A DNA stretch of 64,000 bases from Octopus sinensis (Eukaryota). Both the position numbers and the translations under genes were made by a program. The stretch covers positions 27,342,001 through 27,406,000 of the forward strand of contig NC_043014.1 of the NCBI RefSeq assembly GCF_006345805.1. Reading direction: 5' to 3'. Every line of letters begins with the position of its first letter. Position 1 is the first letter of the stretch. This document shows, piece after piece, positions 52,520-64,000 of this stretch. The notes beneath the pieces were generated by a model. The model ran no database searches. It saw nothing but the letters and a program-made list of their open reading frames with translations, and was not told the DNA's origin.

Positions 52520-52787
52520 TGATAAAAATGGTAAGGATGTGTACGTTTCAAGTGAAGGTGGATGAGTGTATACTTTTAGGCGCATGCACGCGTGTGTGCG
52601 GGCGCGCATGTGTAGGTATGAACATGCGCGCTCACGCGAATGCTATGAACTTTTAACCCCTTTACTTTTACTCCCTTCTCTCAGTTAGCGGTCATTCAAA
52701 TAGCTCTTTTGCCTTAATAACGGTCAATCACAAAGTAAGTTTCCCTTTGTATAACGGTCATTTTTCATAGTATTTTTCCGATGGCCG

Positions 52788-52848
52788 GATAACTGAAGAG
52801 ATGGCGGTGTGGACTTCCACCTCGGCATCCGAAACTTGGAGTTTTATC
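52788..52848 (+). ncRNA. Type-I hammerhead motif, intact core, one-nucleotide irregularity at the base of helix II
   Basis: GATAA-CTGAAGA-GATG(..GTGG ACTT CCAC..)CATC-C-GAAA-CT(TGG)AG-T-T-TTATC. Confidence 0.65.
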
Positions 52849-52885
52849 ATGGCTACCGAATAACTGTCACATATTACATTTACAG

Positions 52886-52923
<38 letters not shown>

Positions 52924-53114
52924 TAATAAATAAAATATATGCATACATACATACATACATATATGTGCGTACCTACATCTACATGTATATATACATGCAT
53001 ATATAAATATATATACCTAAGTACAGGACACCACAAATAGACGTAGAACTCAACGAGAAACGAAAACGTAAAAACAAACGTGGAAACGGACCTAAACGAA
53101 AAAAACAGAGTACA

Positions 53115-53145
<31 letters not shown>

Positions 53146-53229
53146 GGTAAAAAAAGTTTCCTGTACATGGTATGTAAGTTCTAATAGTAGTTCATATTTA
53201 GTCATTTCAAAGTATGGACCCGTGGATTC

Positions 53230-54890
53230 TGTATTGCTCAACTGGAAGAGTTTTGTGGTGTGAATGGAAATTTGAGAATGTATTGTAGTATTTCTGGATA
53301 GATGGGGGTGAGATGTGTATGATTAGAATGAAGACATAGGTCAAAATGGAAACAGGAACAGAAAATGAGAAGAAGAAAGAAAGAAAAAAGAAAGAGAAAA
53401 AGCGAAAAGAGTGAAAAATGAAAAAAGTGAAAAAAGGGTGAAAGAAGTGAGAAAAGGAGTGTTAGTTGGTGGTCAAGATAATGTGAGAGGGGATTGGAGA
53501 GGTGTGGAGGAGGGAAACGAAGAAAGAAAAAGGCAAGGAGTGAATACGTGTGAGATTTGTGAGAAGTGATATGATAGAGCTGCATTAAGGGATGGGTAGA
53601 GAAAAGGTATGGGTGGGGTGATACCAAAGTGAGTAGTAGTTTAGTAGTAAAATTTAAAGTGGAAGGAAGAATACAAGGATGTCAAATTTCTATAAATAGA
53701 TGTATGTGATAGGTTAGTGTGAGAGGTAGAAATCAGAGAGAAGGAAAGAAGGTATAATGACATACGTACCCGCGCACACACGTACATACATGTGTGCATA
53801 TGCATACATGCATATACACACACATGTATACATATACATACACATACGTTACATATATACACATACACACACTCATGTATATGTATATACATGTGCACGT
53901 ACATATACATACACACACACACACATATATGTATATATATGCATACATATACCCACATACATACATAAATATACATGCACACACATTTACACACACACAT
54001 GTATCCGCTTGCATGTCTATATATGTAGTATTAAATGATTGAGATCCTTAAAGTAAGATAGGGGAGTTAAAAAAATTAAAGATTAAAATAAAGATTAAAA
54101 AGAGATAAAGGAAAGTTAGATAGGGTTATTGGGGATTACCTAAGGGGTGTTGTGGATATATGTTATGTGGTTATTTAGGTTGCATTTAGATTTGTGGTAA
54201 AATTTTGAAGGTATGAAAAAAGCGGAGGCTACATGTACTAAGGGCCTCATTATATTTATTTAGTAGTGTCGAGGAGTTGTGTTTTAATGTGGAATGCCTA
54301 TTTTTAGGCATAGCTTACAGGCAAAGCGTTGACCTTGGTATTGAAGCCCTGAATCTATTATGGACCATGAAAAATGTAGGGCATATTTCTATTTTTCAGA
54401 TGTATGTGATTGGCGAGTGTTGTGGATTTACTATGTTTCTCGTATCTAAAAGAATTGAGATGAGCGGCATATTGCTGTTTAAAATTTATGGTTGATCCTA
54501 TATATGTAGCTGTAGAATTGTGTAATGTGTTGAGGGCGGTGCATTTATAAATTACATTAGATCTTTTACAATGGGTTTGCAGATGAATTCAGGACGGCTG
54601 TTACAAGTGGATGTATTTTGGGGATTATTTTCAGGAGTGGTGAAGGTAATAGTCAGAGGAGAGGTTAGAGATGGGGGTAGAAAGGTCTAAGTTATTGGTA
54701 TTATTATTACTATTATCGTTATTATTGCTATCGTTGTTGTTAATTGTTCTATCTGTAACAGTGGGGAAGTTGTGGTAGTATTCTGGATAGTGTTAGTAAG
54801 ATAGGTTGGGTTATGGTTATGGTCTAACGCATGGAGTTCAATACTGGAGCTGTGTACATGTTATTTAAATATTTAAATATCGATCTTATC
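53230..54890 (-). mobile_element. Penelope-like 3' fragment (GIY-YIG plus pyrimidine-rich tail) split by a microsatellite
   Basis: Minus-strand SNVIYKCTAL..TYIGST..HLNSFRYEKHSKSTTLANHI..WSII..CKLCL..LLNKYNEALSTC. Confidence 0.75.
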
Positions 54891-55052
54891 CTTATTTATA
54901 TAAATTTATATATTTATTTCGTCATTATATTCACTGCGGTGGTATTTTGACCATATCGCACGGGGAGTTTTAGGCGGGCATTTTAAACTGGTCGAGTGCA
55001 TACGTGCATATATATGTATGTATACGTTCGTATATGCAAGTATATCGTATGT

Positions 55053-55154
<102 letters not shown>

Positions 55155-55254
55155 TATATTAAAAAACACTGAATATCTCATTTAGGTATTCAGCGCTTCT
55201 TACATTAAGTAATAACATCGGTAATGTATGTGTGTGTTTATATATATACATATA

Positions 55255-55307
<53 letters not shown>

Positions 55308-56752
55308 ATCAAAATAAGCAACAAAGATATCCAGAAGGTATGCAGTACGATCGTTTCATGCGACTCCATTTTATTGAACAATGCAAACATTACATCAATT
55401 TAAAATGTAGAGCAATCTTCAGCTGCACAAAAATATAGAATTTAATTAAATTCGAAGGTCTCATTAGTATAATTTTATCCAAAATCACCAAGAGGATAAG
55501 GAGGTAGACAACGTGTTTTACCAACAACATCACAGTTGTAACTGAAATTTTTCAAAAAAAGACACTGCTTTTCACTGATTATTTGTTATTTAGATTTAAT
55601 TAGGGGGGGGGGGCAGTTTTAATTTATAGGCTAGTTTATTTATCAAATCTGAGAGAAGACAGAGGAAAGTATCATTTTGGGGTAGGGCAAAGTAGATAGA
55701 CAATTTAAGTGGCATAGTCATAAATCAAGATTTATTTGAAGCAAAGCCATTTGGCTCAGTAAGAAGATACTTCAAACAAGATGTTGGCTGCTATTAAGTA
55801 GACCAATGCTAATGGGACAGGGGAAGTCTTATCATACAGTAGTACATTAACCTACTATAAAACAATGTTGTTATTTGTATATACACAGATAATTTTTAGA
55901 ATTAATCTAAAGAATACTAAGAAGAATATTTATGAACACTTTCAGTATATATCAAAATTTTACACAATAGAGGGACAGAAAATATAGAAATAGTTCAATA
56001 TTTATATATTTAAATACTAACTTAACATATATTTATAATTATTAATTAAATGGTATTTACTGGTATTAATAGAGGAAAATTAAGGTAAAAAAATATGCTA
56101 AAAATTATATATTAAATATTAACAACTCTAGTCTAAGCATATTCTTATATTTTAAATAGTGAATATACCAGCATAGTTTTATATAAGGTGAGTATGAAAT
56201 TTATAGAGATATAAGACTTAGAGTAATTTTGTAAATAAATAAATAAGAGCTAGTTTTAAAAATAAAATAAAATAAATAATCATTTGTAGAACATTATTGA
56301 AAAGGGGTAAAATGGTTTATATACCAAAATTATGGTAAGGTATATTCAGCTTATTGACATCAATAGGGTAAGATATTTTTTGAAAAAATTAAATAATTTG
56401 AAATGTTAGACTAAAACATAAAAAATATACAAAATATAAAAAATTATATCTACTTGTCAGAAAAATATCTATAAAAGACTGATGTTTGATGTCGACTAAA
56501 AAAATAATGCAGTTATGGAACAATTTTTTTATTATCAACTAATCTTTTTATAAAATTTAGGGTTTTATTATAGGTTTAAGAAATTTTTATTATTATACCT
56601 TACATGATATTTATATTTTCTAATAGGTACTTACTTAGAAATGTTATTTATATACAGCTCTTTATACATACTAAGATCAGGAAGGTAGAGCTATATGAGA
56701 GAAAGAAATATATATATATGTATATATATACATATATATAGGCATGTATATA

Positions 56753-56790
<38 letters not shown>

Positions 56791-56931
56791 TATATATATA
56801 TATATAATATATATAATATATATAATATATATATACAATACATATGTACATATATATATATATATTTAATTATATATGTATATGTACATATCATATATAT
56901 TATATGTTATTATCTATATATATATATATAT

Positions 56932-56988
<57 letters not shown>

Positions 56989-57127
56989 ATATATGTATAT
57001 ATGTACATATATATATGTATAAGTATAATATATATATATATATATATGCATGCATATATATACGTACACATAAAAACATCTATATATATACATATATATA
57101 TATATACACACATATATATACATATAT

Positions 57128-57480
57128 ATGGTGGCTGCCCCCTCGTTATCAAGTATGGCCATTGCACGAAACTTAATCAATGTTGTTATTGTACAATGCC
57201 TGTGCAAGAAGATTTTTTGTAAAGTGAGGAAAGGCTATGCACTGAGTCAATCCCATTCACTAAGCAACAGAAGCCTTAATCCGAAAAGAAGAACAAGTCA
57301 ACATCATCGGTAACCACTGAGCTGCAGGTTTTATGTTGGAGTTATTCCAGTTACCCGAGTTACCTTCTCCTAGAAGGATGCCCTAACAAAGGCTAGGAGT
57401 CCTTCACTCCCAATGGTTTAACTGCGCGATCGGGTATTCAGTCCGATTATTTCTATATCCCCGCGCATGATACAGCCTTC
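57128..57480 (+). mobile_element. Possible RTE-type LINE 5' UTR fragment
   Basis: GTTACCTTCTCCTAGAAGGATGCCCTAACAAAGGCTAGGAG resembles a recalled RTE 5' UTR motif; no ORF support. Confidence 0.4.
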
Positions 57481-57617
57481 AGACATTTATTGGATGGCCA
57501 TGCACATACAAACATACACATACATATACATAAATATATATACATGCATATATATATACACACACATATATAGATATATATATACATAGATATATATATA
57601 AATATGTATATAAATAC

Positions 57618-57649
<32 letters not shown>

Positions 57650-57726
57650 GGGGAGAGAGATACCGCATGTGTACCGTTGGCGATTTTTCCTCCGTCTTCC
57701 CTTCTCTGGATCTTTCCTTTTCCTAT

Positions 57727-57761
57727 GTTTCTGACGAAGAGCTCCGCTCGAAACGTAAAAA
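57727..57761 (+). ncRNA. Minimal type-I hammerhead, canonical core, short stem I
   Basis: TTT-CTGACGA-A-GAGC(TCC)GCTC-GAAA-CG-T-A-AAA. Confidence 0.6.
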
Positions 57762-57868
57762 TCTCCTTCTTCCCAACTTTCCTGAGCGTCCAATAATACT
57801 ATATTTGTTCCACGTCCTCGCGTTGTTGTTGTTTTCTCTTTTGTTTTTCATGTTTGGATTAACTATAT

Positions 57869-57931
<63 letters not shown>

Positions 57932-58142
57932 TAAAAGGAAATGAAGAAAATGCTGGCAAAATAATTTAAGTAATTTAAGTAATTTATTAGGTGAAAGTTC
58001 TTTTTACCGGTTGCGCATTTGTTATGCTTATCAAAAGATTAGAGTTCCTTCTGATAGATTTTTTCCTCTTCCTCTATTATTTTGCCAGCATTTTCTTCAT
58101 TCCTTTTTATATATCACAACTCGTGTTCCACATCTCCTTTTT

Positions 58143-58209
<67 letters not shown>

Positions 58210-58469
58210 TGATGCATATATATTGCCATTGATATTATTATATATAGCTATTGATATATTTATATACATATATATATATATATATGTATACATAAACATA
58301 AACATATATATGTATATATATATATATAATATATATTATATAATATATGTGTGTGTGTATATAAATATATATATGTATGTATGCATGTATTTATGTATGT
58401 ATGTAGTATGTATGTATGTATGTATGTAATGTATGTATGTATGTATGTATGTATGTATGTATTGATATA

Positions 58470-59180
58470 TCTATATAAGCAATTCTCTGGATATGATCAG
58501 AAAGATAGTGTTCGAGTACACAGAGGTGCTAGAAAGAAATTCAATAACATTATACGTAATGATTGGTACCTGCCCTAGATATAGAAACAAAGACTGGAAT
58601 AGGATACAAAGAACTTGTGACAAACCAAACAGAGCGAACATGTATAATACCGACAAATATCAAGGAGTGATGTTTGTAGACACCACACCCCATGGAGAAA
58701 TAGCCTGTAGATTTAGAAAATCTCTGAAGGAGACCAAACTCAACATTAAGATTGTTGAAAAGCCAGGGAACACCGTCAGATCACAACTGTGTACGACGTA
58801 CCCCTTTGAGAATACCATATGCACCAATGATAGTTGCATGGTATGTAGGATTATACCTGGCATTAACTTTAGAACTAAAAATGTTGTTTACAGCATAAGA
58901 TGCATAGAAGGTGCTTGTAAAGACATAAACATGACATACATAGGAGAGACATCTAGGAGCATTGCGGAACGACTAAATGAACATGTGAGACAATATGACG
59001 ACAAAAAACAGTCCTCCATACTCTACCAACATGCCAAGGACCAACCTGGAGGCAACCTGGGTCAACTTGACATACGCATCTTATCTAAGCACCCAAAGGA
59101 CATAACACTCAGACAAATACAGGAGTACGTCCTCATAAATGAAACTTCCTCAATACTAAATAGGAAATATACATAGTAGA
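58470..59180 (+). mobile_element. Penelope-like (probably Neptune-type) endonuclease region, 227-aa open frame
   Basis: MFVDTTPHGEI, KIVEKPG, C..C finger, NVVYSIRC..TYIGETSRSIAERLNEH, ILNRK. Confidence 0.85.
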
Positions 59181-59714
59181 TATCATACCCCCATACCCAG
59201 TTTTCAAGGGTAGAGTAGAATAGTTAGTGGGCTGTTATGTAGACAGATGTATGTGTGTGTGAGTGTATGTATATATGTATATATATATATTATATATATA
59301 TATAAACAGTACTTGGAGAAGAAGAAACGAAACGAAACGAAACGAATCGAATCGACGCGAGGGCGCTCAGTCATACAATAGTGTAATAAATAAAATATAT
59401 GCATACATACAAATATGTACGTACCTACATCTACATGTATATATAAATATATATACGTGAGTACAGGACACCACAAACAGACGTAGAACTCAACGAGAAA
59501 CGAAAACGTAAAAACAAGCATGGAACAGAATTTTTTTAAAACGAAAAACAGAGTACAAGACAAACTACACTAGGAAAAATCCCCTTCATCAGCTGTCCCT
59601 AGTTCAACTCCAGCGTGTTTCGAAGGTGAGGACAGAACATGACTCGTCGAACTAGCCCTTCCTGCGAAAGAATTAAATAAACCACTCTATCCTAAAATGG
59701 ACTGGATTTTTCTG

Positions 59715-60255
59715 GCATCTCCTCATTTCTTTCTTTTCATGATATTAATTGGTTGAAGGAGAGGTTTTTCTAGCTGCTCGTCCATAATACCCAAGCTTAT
59801 GCAGATATGTAACGTTCTTGGACTAACTTTTAGCTGTTTTGCAATGTCAGAAGCCTTCGAACGGGGTTTGTTTTCCACAATTCTCTTCAAACAGCGAAGC
59901 TTCCTTTCCGAGGGCCCAGGTTGGCCAAGATGAGAATCTGTTGATTCTTTTCCTTGGCTTTTGAATTGCAGTATAATTCTATTAACAGCCGCAAGATGAA
60001 TTTGAAGACTTTCGGCAATTTTTCGCCGGCTAATACCAGCCTCAGATTGCCCAACAATACGACCTGTTTGAAAATCTGACAGTTCTGCTGAATTTTTTGA
60101 GCGTGGCATGGTTACTTTTCGCAAATGTTTAATATAATGGTACCTGGAATGAAAAGAGAATAATTACATTGTAAATTCTAAACGGCTGAAAACATATTAA
60201 GACGCTTAGATCAGAAATTTTCAAAATTAAAGGTGTCTGTTTACTTCCTGCATAT
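59715..60255 (-). mobile_element. Tc1-like transposase, 5' fragment (HTH)
   Basis: MPRSK..ELSDFQTGRIVG..GISRRKIAE..VNRII..PGPSERKLRCLKRIV..KASDIA..VSPRT. Confidence 0.85.
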
Positions 60256-60274
60256 GTGTGTATATATATATATA

Positions 60275-60670
60275 CTAGCAGTATAACCCAGTGTTGCACG
60301 GGCTTGTTTTCTTTTCGACCCTTTAGAATTGGAATCTTTGAAAAGTAAAAATTTTGCATTATGTAGCTTGTTATTCTCTTTAAGTGAACATTTTTCTGGT
60401 TGAAATACACCGAAAAATGGCGACACGGCAGTAAAAAAATCGTAAAATATTGGGATTTTCATAGAAGAAAAGCACATTTTTTTATGTAAATAATTTTTGG
60501 TGTTAACATGGTCCGATTTGAATTTTTTCTTCTACGGAAGGAAGAGCAAGCCTTCTTCTATCATACTGTTAATTTTGGTCAACTTGTGCCGCAGAGTCTC
60601 GGAGGAGATAGTGTTAGTTGAAGGCTACCATACCTGCCATACACAGGCAACTTCAGCTTTATATATATAT
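60275..60670 (-). mobile_element. Non-autonomous Helitron-like element
   Basis: Minus-strand end ...CTGGGTTATACTGCTAG; colinear with 38260-38646. Confidence 0.8.
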
Positions 60671-60691
60671 ATATTATATATATAATATATA

Positions 60692-60805
<114 letters not shown>

Positions 60806-60951
60806 TGCGTGTGAGCATGTGTCTGCCTGAACGTATGAAGACTTGGTAGACTTCTAATGCATAATTCTTTAGAGCTAAGTCGATGCTAATATACTTTATT
60901 ACGAGATAATTTGCCTAATCGATCACTTCTCTTGCTTGTTTTTTTTTCCAG

Positions 60952-61053
60952 TGGTATGCGGTGACAAAACTTGTCATAAAGACGCTGAATGCTACAGAAG
61001 AAAATGCCGATGCCGCCGAGGACTGACTGGTGACGGCGTTAACTCGTGCTCCA
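60952..61053 (+). CDS. Host gene exon F (102 nt, phase 1-1): EGF-like domain VCGDKTCHKDAECYRRKCRCRRGLTGDGVNSCS
   Basis: Long pyrimidine tract plus CAG acceptor, A|GTAAGT donor, six Cys in EGF spacing with CxC..GxxGDG..C. Confidence 0.9.
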
Positions 61054-61299
61054 GTAAGTATATACGCATCTCAATTAATTAATATTTCTAATTTGATGGG
61101 CTTCTTGACCTTAAGAAATTTCTAACAGGACATGACATGCAACGTCATTAAATCAATTTTTCACACATACTGTCACGTGGAGAAGGAAACTCCTATAAAT
61201 GTGACTTGATATTTGCATACACACTCACACACACAGACAGACGCATAAACACACACATACATATATGTATCTATATAAATATATATATATATATAATAT

Positions 61300-61354
<55 letters not shown>

Positions 61355-61386
61355 GAAAATGTATGGAAAAAATATAAAAAGTGAAA

Positions 61387-61790
61387 CAGGAGTGGCTGTG
61401 TGGTAAGTAGCTTGCTTACCAACCACATGGTTCAGAGTTCAGTCCCACTGCCTGGCACCTTGGGCAAGTGTCTTCTACTATAGCCTCAGGCCGACCAAAG
61501 CCTTGTGAATGGCTTTGGTAGACGGAAACTGAAAGCCCGTCGTATATATGGACATGTGTGTGTGTTTTTGTGTGTCTGTGTTTGTCCCTCACCCCCAAAA
61601 TCGCTTGACAACCGATGCTGGTGTGTTTACGTCCCCGTAACTTAGCGGTTCGGCTAAAGAGACCGATAGAATAAGTACTAGGCTTACAAAGAATAAGTCC
61701 TGGGGTCGATTTCTTCGACTTAAGGCGGTGCTTTTGTATGGTCGCAGTTAAATGACAGAAACAAGTAAAAGAGTAAAAGAGTAAAGGAGA
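61387..61790 (+). mobile_element. SINE family B, full length
   Basis: Complete head to the GTAAAAGA-repeat tail. Confidence 0.9.
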
Positions 61791-61799
61791 GAAATACAA

Positions 61800-62335
61800 A
61801 CGATACCAACAGTTAATAAATGACGGCGACCTAATTGTAGTACATGCCCATACCTAACTGAAAGCTCGGAATTCACATTCCAGCAAGGACAAAAATTCGC
61901 AATTAAGACCAACTTCACGTGCTTCCCAGAACCTTATCTATGTCCTAATCTGCTTAGGTTGTGGTCACAATTATGTGGGCCAAACGAGCCTTACTTTGAG
62001 ACGCAGAGTCACGCTGCGTAAAGAACAGATTCGTTTCCCTCAATACAAGCAGATAGCACTGAGTGGACATATCGACAGATGCGCAAGTAATAAATTGCCA
62101 AATTTTCATATCTTCCCATGACACCAATGCAAAGATTCAATCTCAGTACAAGAAAACCTAATCAAGGAAAACCTGTTCATACAAAAGTACAGGACACATT
62201 TCAATATACAAATTTAACCATTTTAAAAACTATACTAAGGAGTCAGTTGTCCCCCTTACCACCTGTTGCTTCCCTCTCTAGACTCATTCTTATTTTTCAA
62301 ACATCCAAAACGACAAGACCCCTCTGTCATTAGAA
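61800..62335 (+). mobile_element. Penelope-like GIY-YIG fragment
   Basis: NLIYVLICLGCGHNYVGQTSLTLRRRVTL..QI..IALSGHIDRC..FHIFP. Confidence 0.8.
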
Positions 62336-63402
62336 TTGATTACTGTACAATGTCTCTTGAAAAGTTAATTTAAATAGCGAAAACCAGTTGGATTTCACGA
62401 CATCCATATAATATGTATCTCTTATGATAAAAGGCAGATTTTCTCTGCCTGTTCCCAATATTCCTTTTTAATACAATTCTACAACATAGAATTTCTTCAA
62501 TTAGAATTTACCTATGCTTTTTCGAAGTAGATTCGATTGGGTCATGGCATATAAAGTTTTTTTCAATTTGACCCCCAATTAAGCAAAAATTCGAGTAAAG
62601 TAAATATTTTACGATTTCCCTCTCTTATTTCAAGTGGTTTACTCCTGCTATTACTTCTCCTACTTTCTCTTTGCAAGTGTGAAACTATCAAAGTGAAAGT
62701 ATTATATAACAGGGATGAGCCATTAATACTGGTCATCCTTTTTGCTAGAGGAAGATCCGCTATGGTCTTATATGCTACACCACTGGTTTTCAATTCATAT
62801 TAATCAAATTAATATTCAATTTTTCACCCTTATTATGTGTGTGTGTATTAGCAATTCGTATAAAATTGCATCAATGACTTGAATAAGTGGTTTCACATAA
62901 ATGGGGATAAATTAAAAAGGTTTGTTGTTATTATTATTACTGTTTGACTATTGTAATCACGTTTGTTGGTTCCTCGTCAGGGAAACGTTGTTGTGTTGCA
63001 TTTGTTAAATAATTGTAAACCGTAACCCTCCCCCTTTCGGAGAAGGGGCTTTGGTTATTGTTTAAAAATTTAATTGTGTCCCTGTTTGGGGAAATTGACA
63101 ATATTTTCACCGTCTTTACGGAAGCATTTTTGTTGAAATGCCTTCGATAGAAGAAAGTCCAAAAATGAATTTCGCTGCAGCCGTACACTTCTATACAAGA
63201 GGGAGGACAAGATCCAATTGATAGAAATTGCAAGAGACGGGCTTACAATTCCAGTCTGGTATATATTTTGAGTATTGTTATCACTAGCGATATCAAGATA
63301 TAACTTTCTATTTTGTATTTTATGTGTAGATGTATATATATAGATGTACATGTAATATGTACACATATATACATGCATAATGTATCTACCCATACACACA
63401 TA

Positions 63403-63440
<38 letters not shown>

Positions 63441-63496
63441 TAGGGACAGGTGTGGCTGTGTGGTAACAAACTACGTTCGAAGATACTGTACTTGAT

Positions 63497-64000
63497 ATGG
63501 GCGGTAGTGCCTTGCCGGTCTATGGCCTACCTTCAACAAACCGGGAAGGCACAAACACTCTGTCTTCACATTTGCTGCGTGAGACATGTTTTAATGTTGA
63601 CGAGCTTGCCGAATACATAGCCGACAATGAGCCAAAGCTCCCTCCAGAACAGAAGTTCGCTTACAACTCTGTTGTTAATTCAGTCCGGGCCAAAGCTGGA
63701 GGGATTTTTTTCCTGGACGCTCCTGGGGGCACTGGGAAAACTTTTGTCAACAAATTAATATTGGCTGAGATTAGGCGAACACAAGGCATTGCCCTAGCTG
63801 TGGCATCATCTGGAATTGCGGCTACTTTGTTGCCAGGCGGCAGGACAGCTCACTCCACTTTCAAGCTCCTGCTTGACTTAGCGAAGACTGAGACACCAAC
63901 TTGCAACATCAGTAACAGCTCCGATCAGGCAGAATTCTTCAGATGATGCAAGATTATCGTTTGTGATGAATGCACGATGGCCCACAGAGGTGCTCTTGAG
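63497..64000 (+). mobile_element. Helitron PIF1-type helicase fragment (stop at 63946, truncated by the window end)
   Basis: FFLDAPGGTGKTF, VASSGIAATLLPGGRTAHSTFK, IIVCDECTM. Confidence 0.92.

Noticed and set aside
55560-56645. Possible NUMT (mitochondrial 16S-like words such as GAGAAGAC, TTGGGGT, GATGTTTG)
   Set aside because: The motif spacing is incompatible with 16S rRNA, and no tRNA cloverleaf was seen.
62840-63240. Moderately GC-rich block with short ORFs upstream of the Helitron helicase
   Set aside because: No recognisable motif in any frame; left unassigned.

Overview
Eukaryotic, very repeat-rich DNA. The SINE families, dense TA/CA/GATA/TTA microsatellites and Penelope/Helitron load look like an Octopus genome (inference from recalled repeat consensus sequences). 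Most of the window appears intronic. Six plus-strand, symmetric phase-1 exons (16342-16578, 36380-36400, 41905-41976, 46586-46603, 52309-52371, 60952-61053) splice into one open frame. That frame has a furin-type RSKR site formed across a junction, two microexons and a 6-Cys EGF module, suggesting an unidentified secreted proprotein. The introns hold many elements. (1) A mariner is split by a 6.1-kb stack of two related Tx1/L1-like elements, with the same target motif at all three junctions. (2) Two copies encode ORF1 only (HAL1-like). (3) There are many Penelope, R4/Dong, RTE, Tc1 and Helitron fragments and tRNA-derived SINEs. (4) About nine type-I hammerhead ribozyme motifs are present, including a 1.4-mer retrozyme-like unit and a sense-strand hammerhead paired with its own antisense copy. 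(5) There is a cluster of long fold-back palindromes. All calls are by eye; no searches were run, and repeat boundaries are approximate unless a TSD or TIR is quoted.
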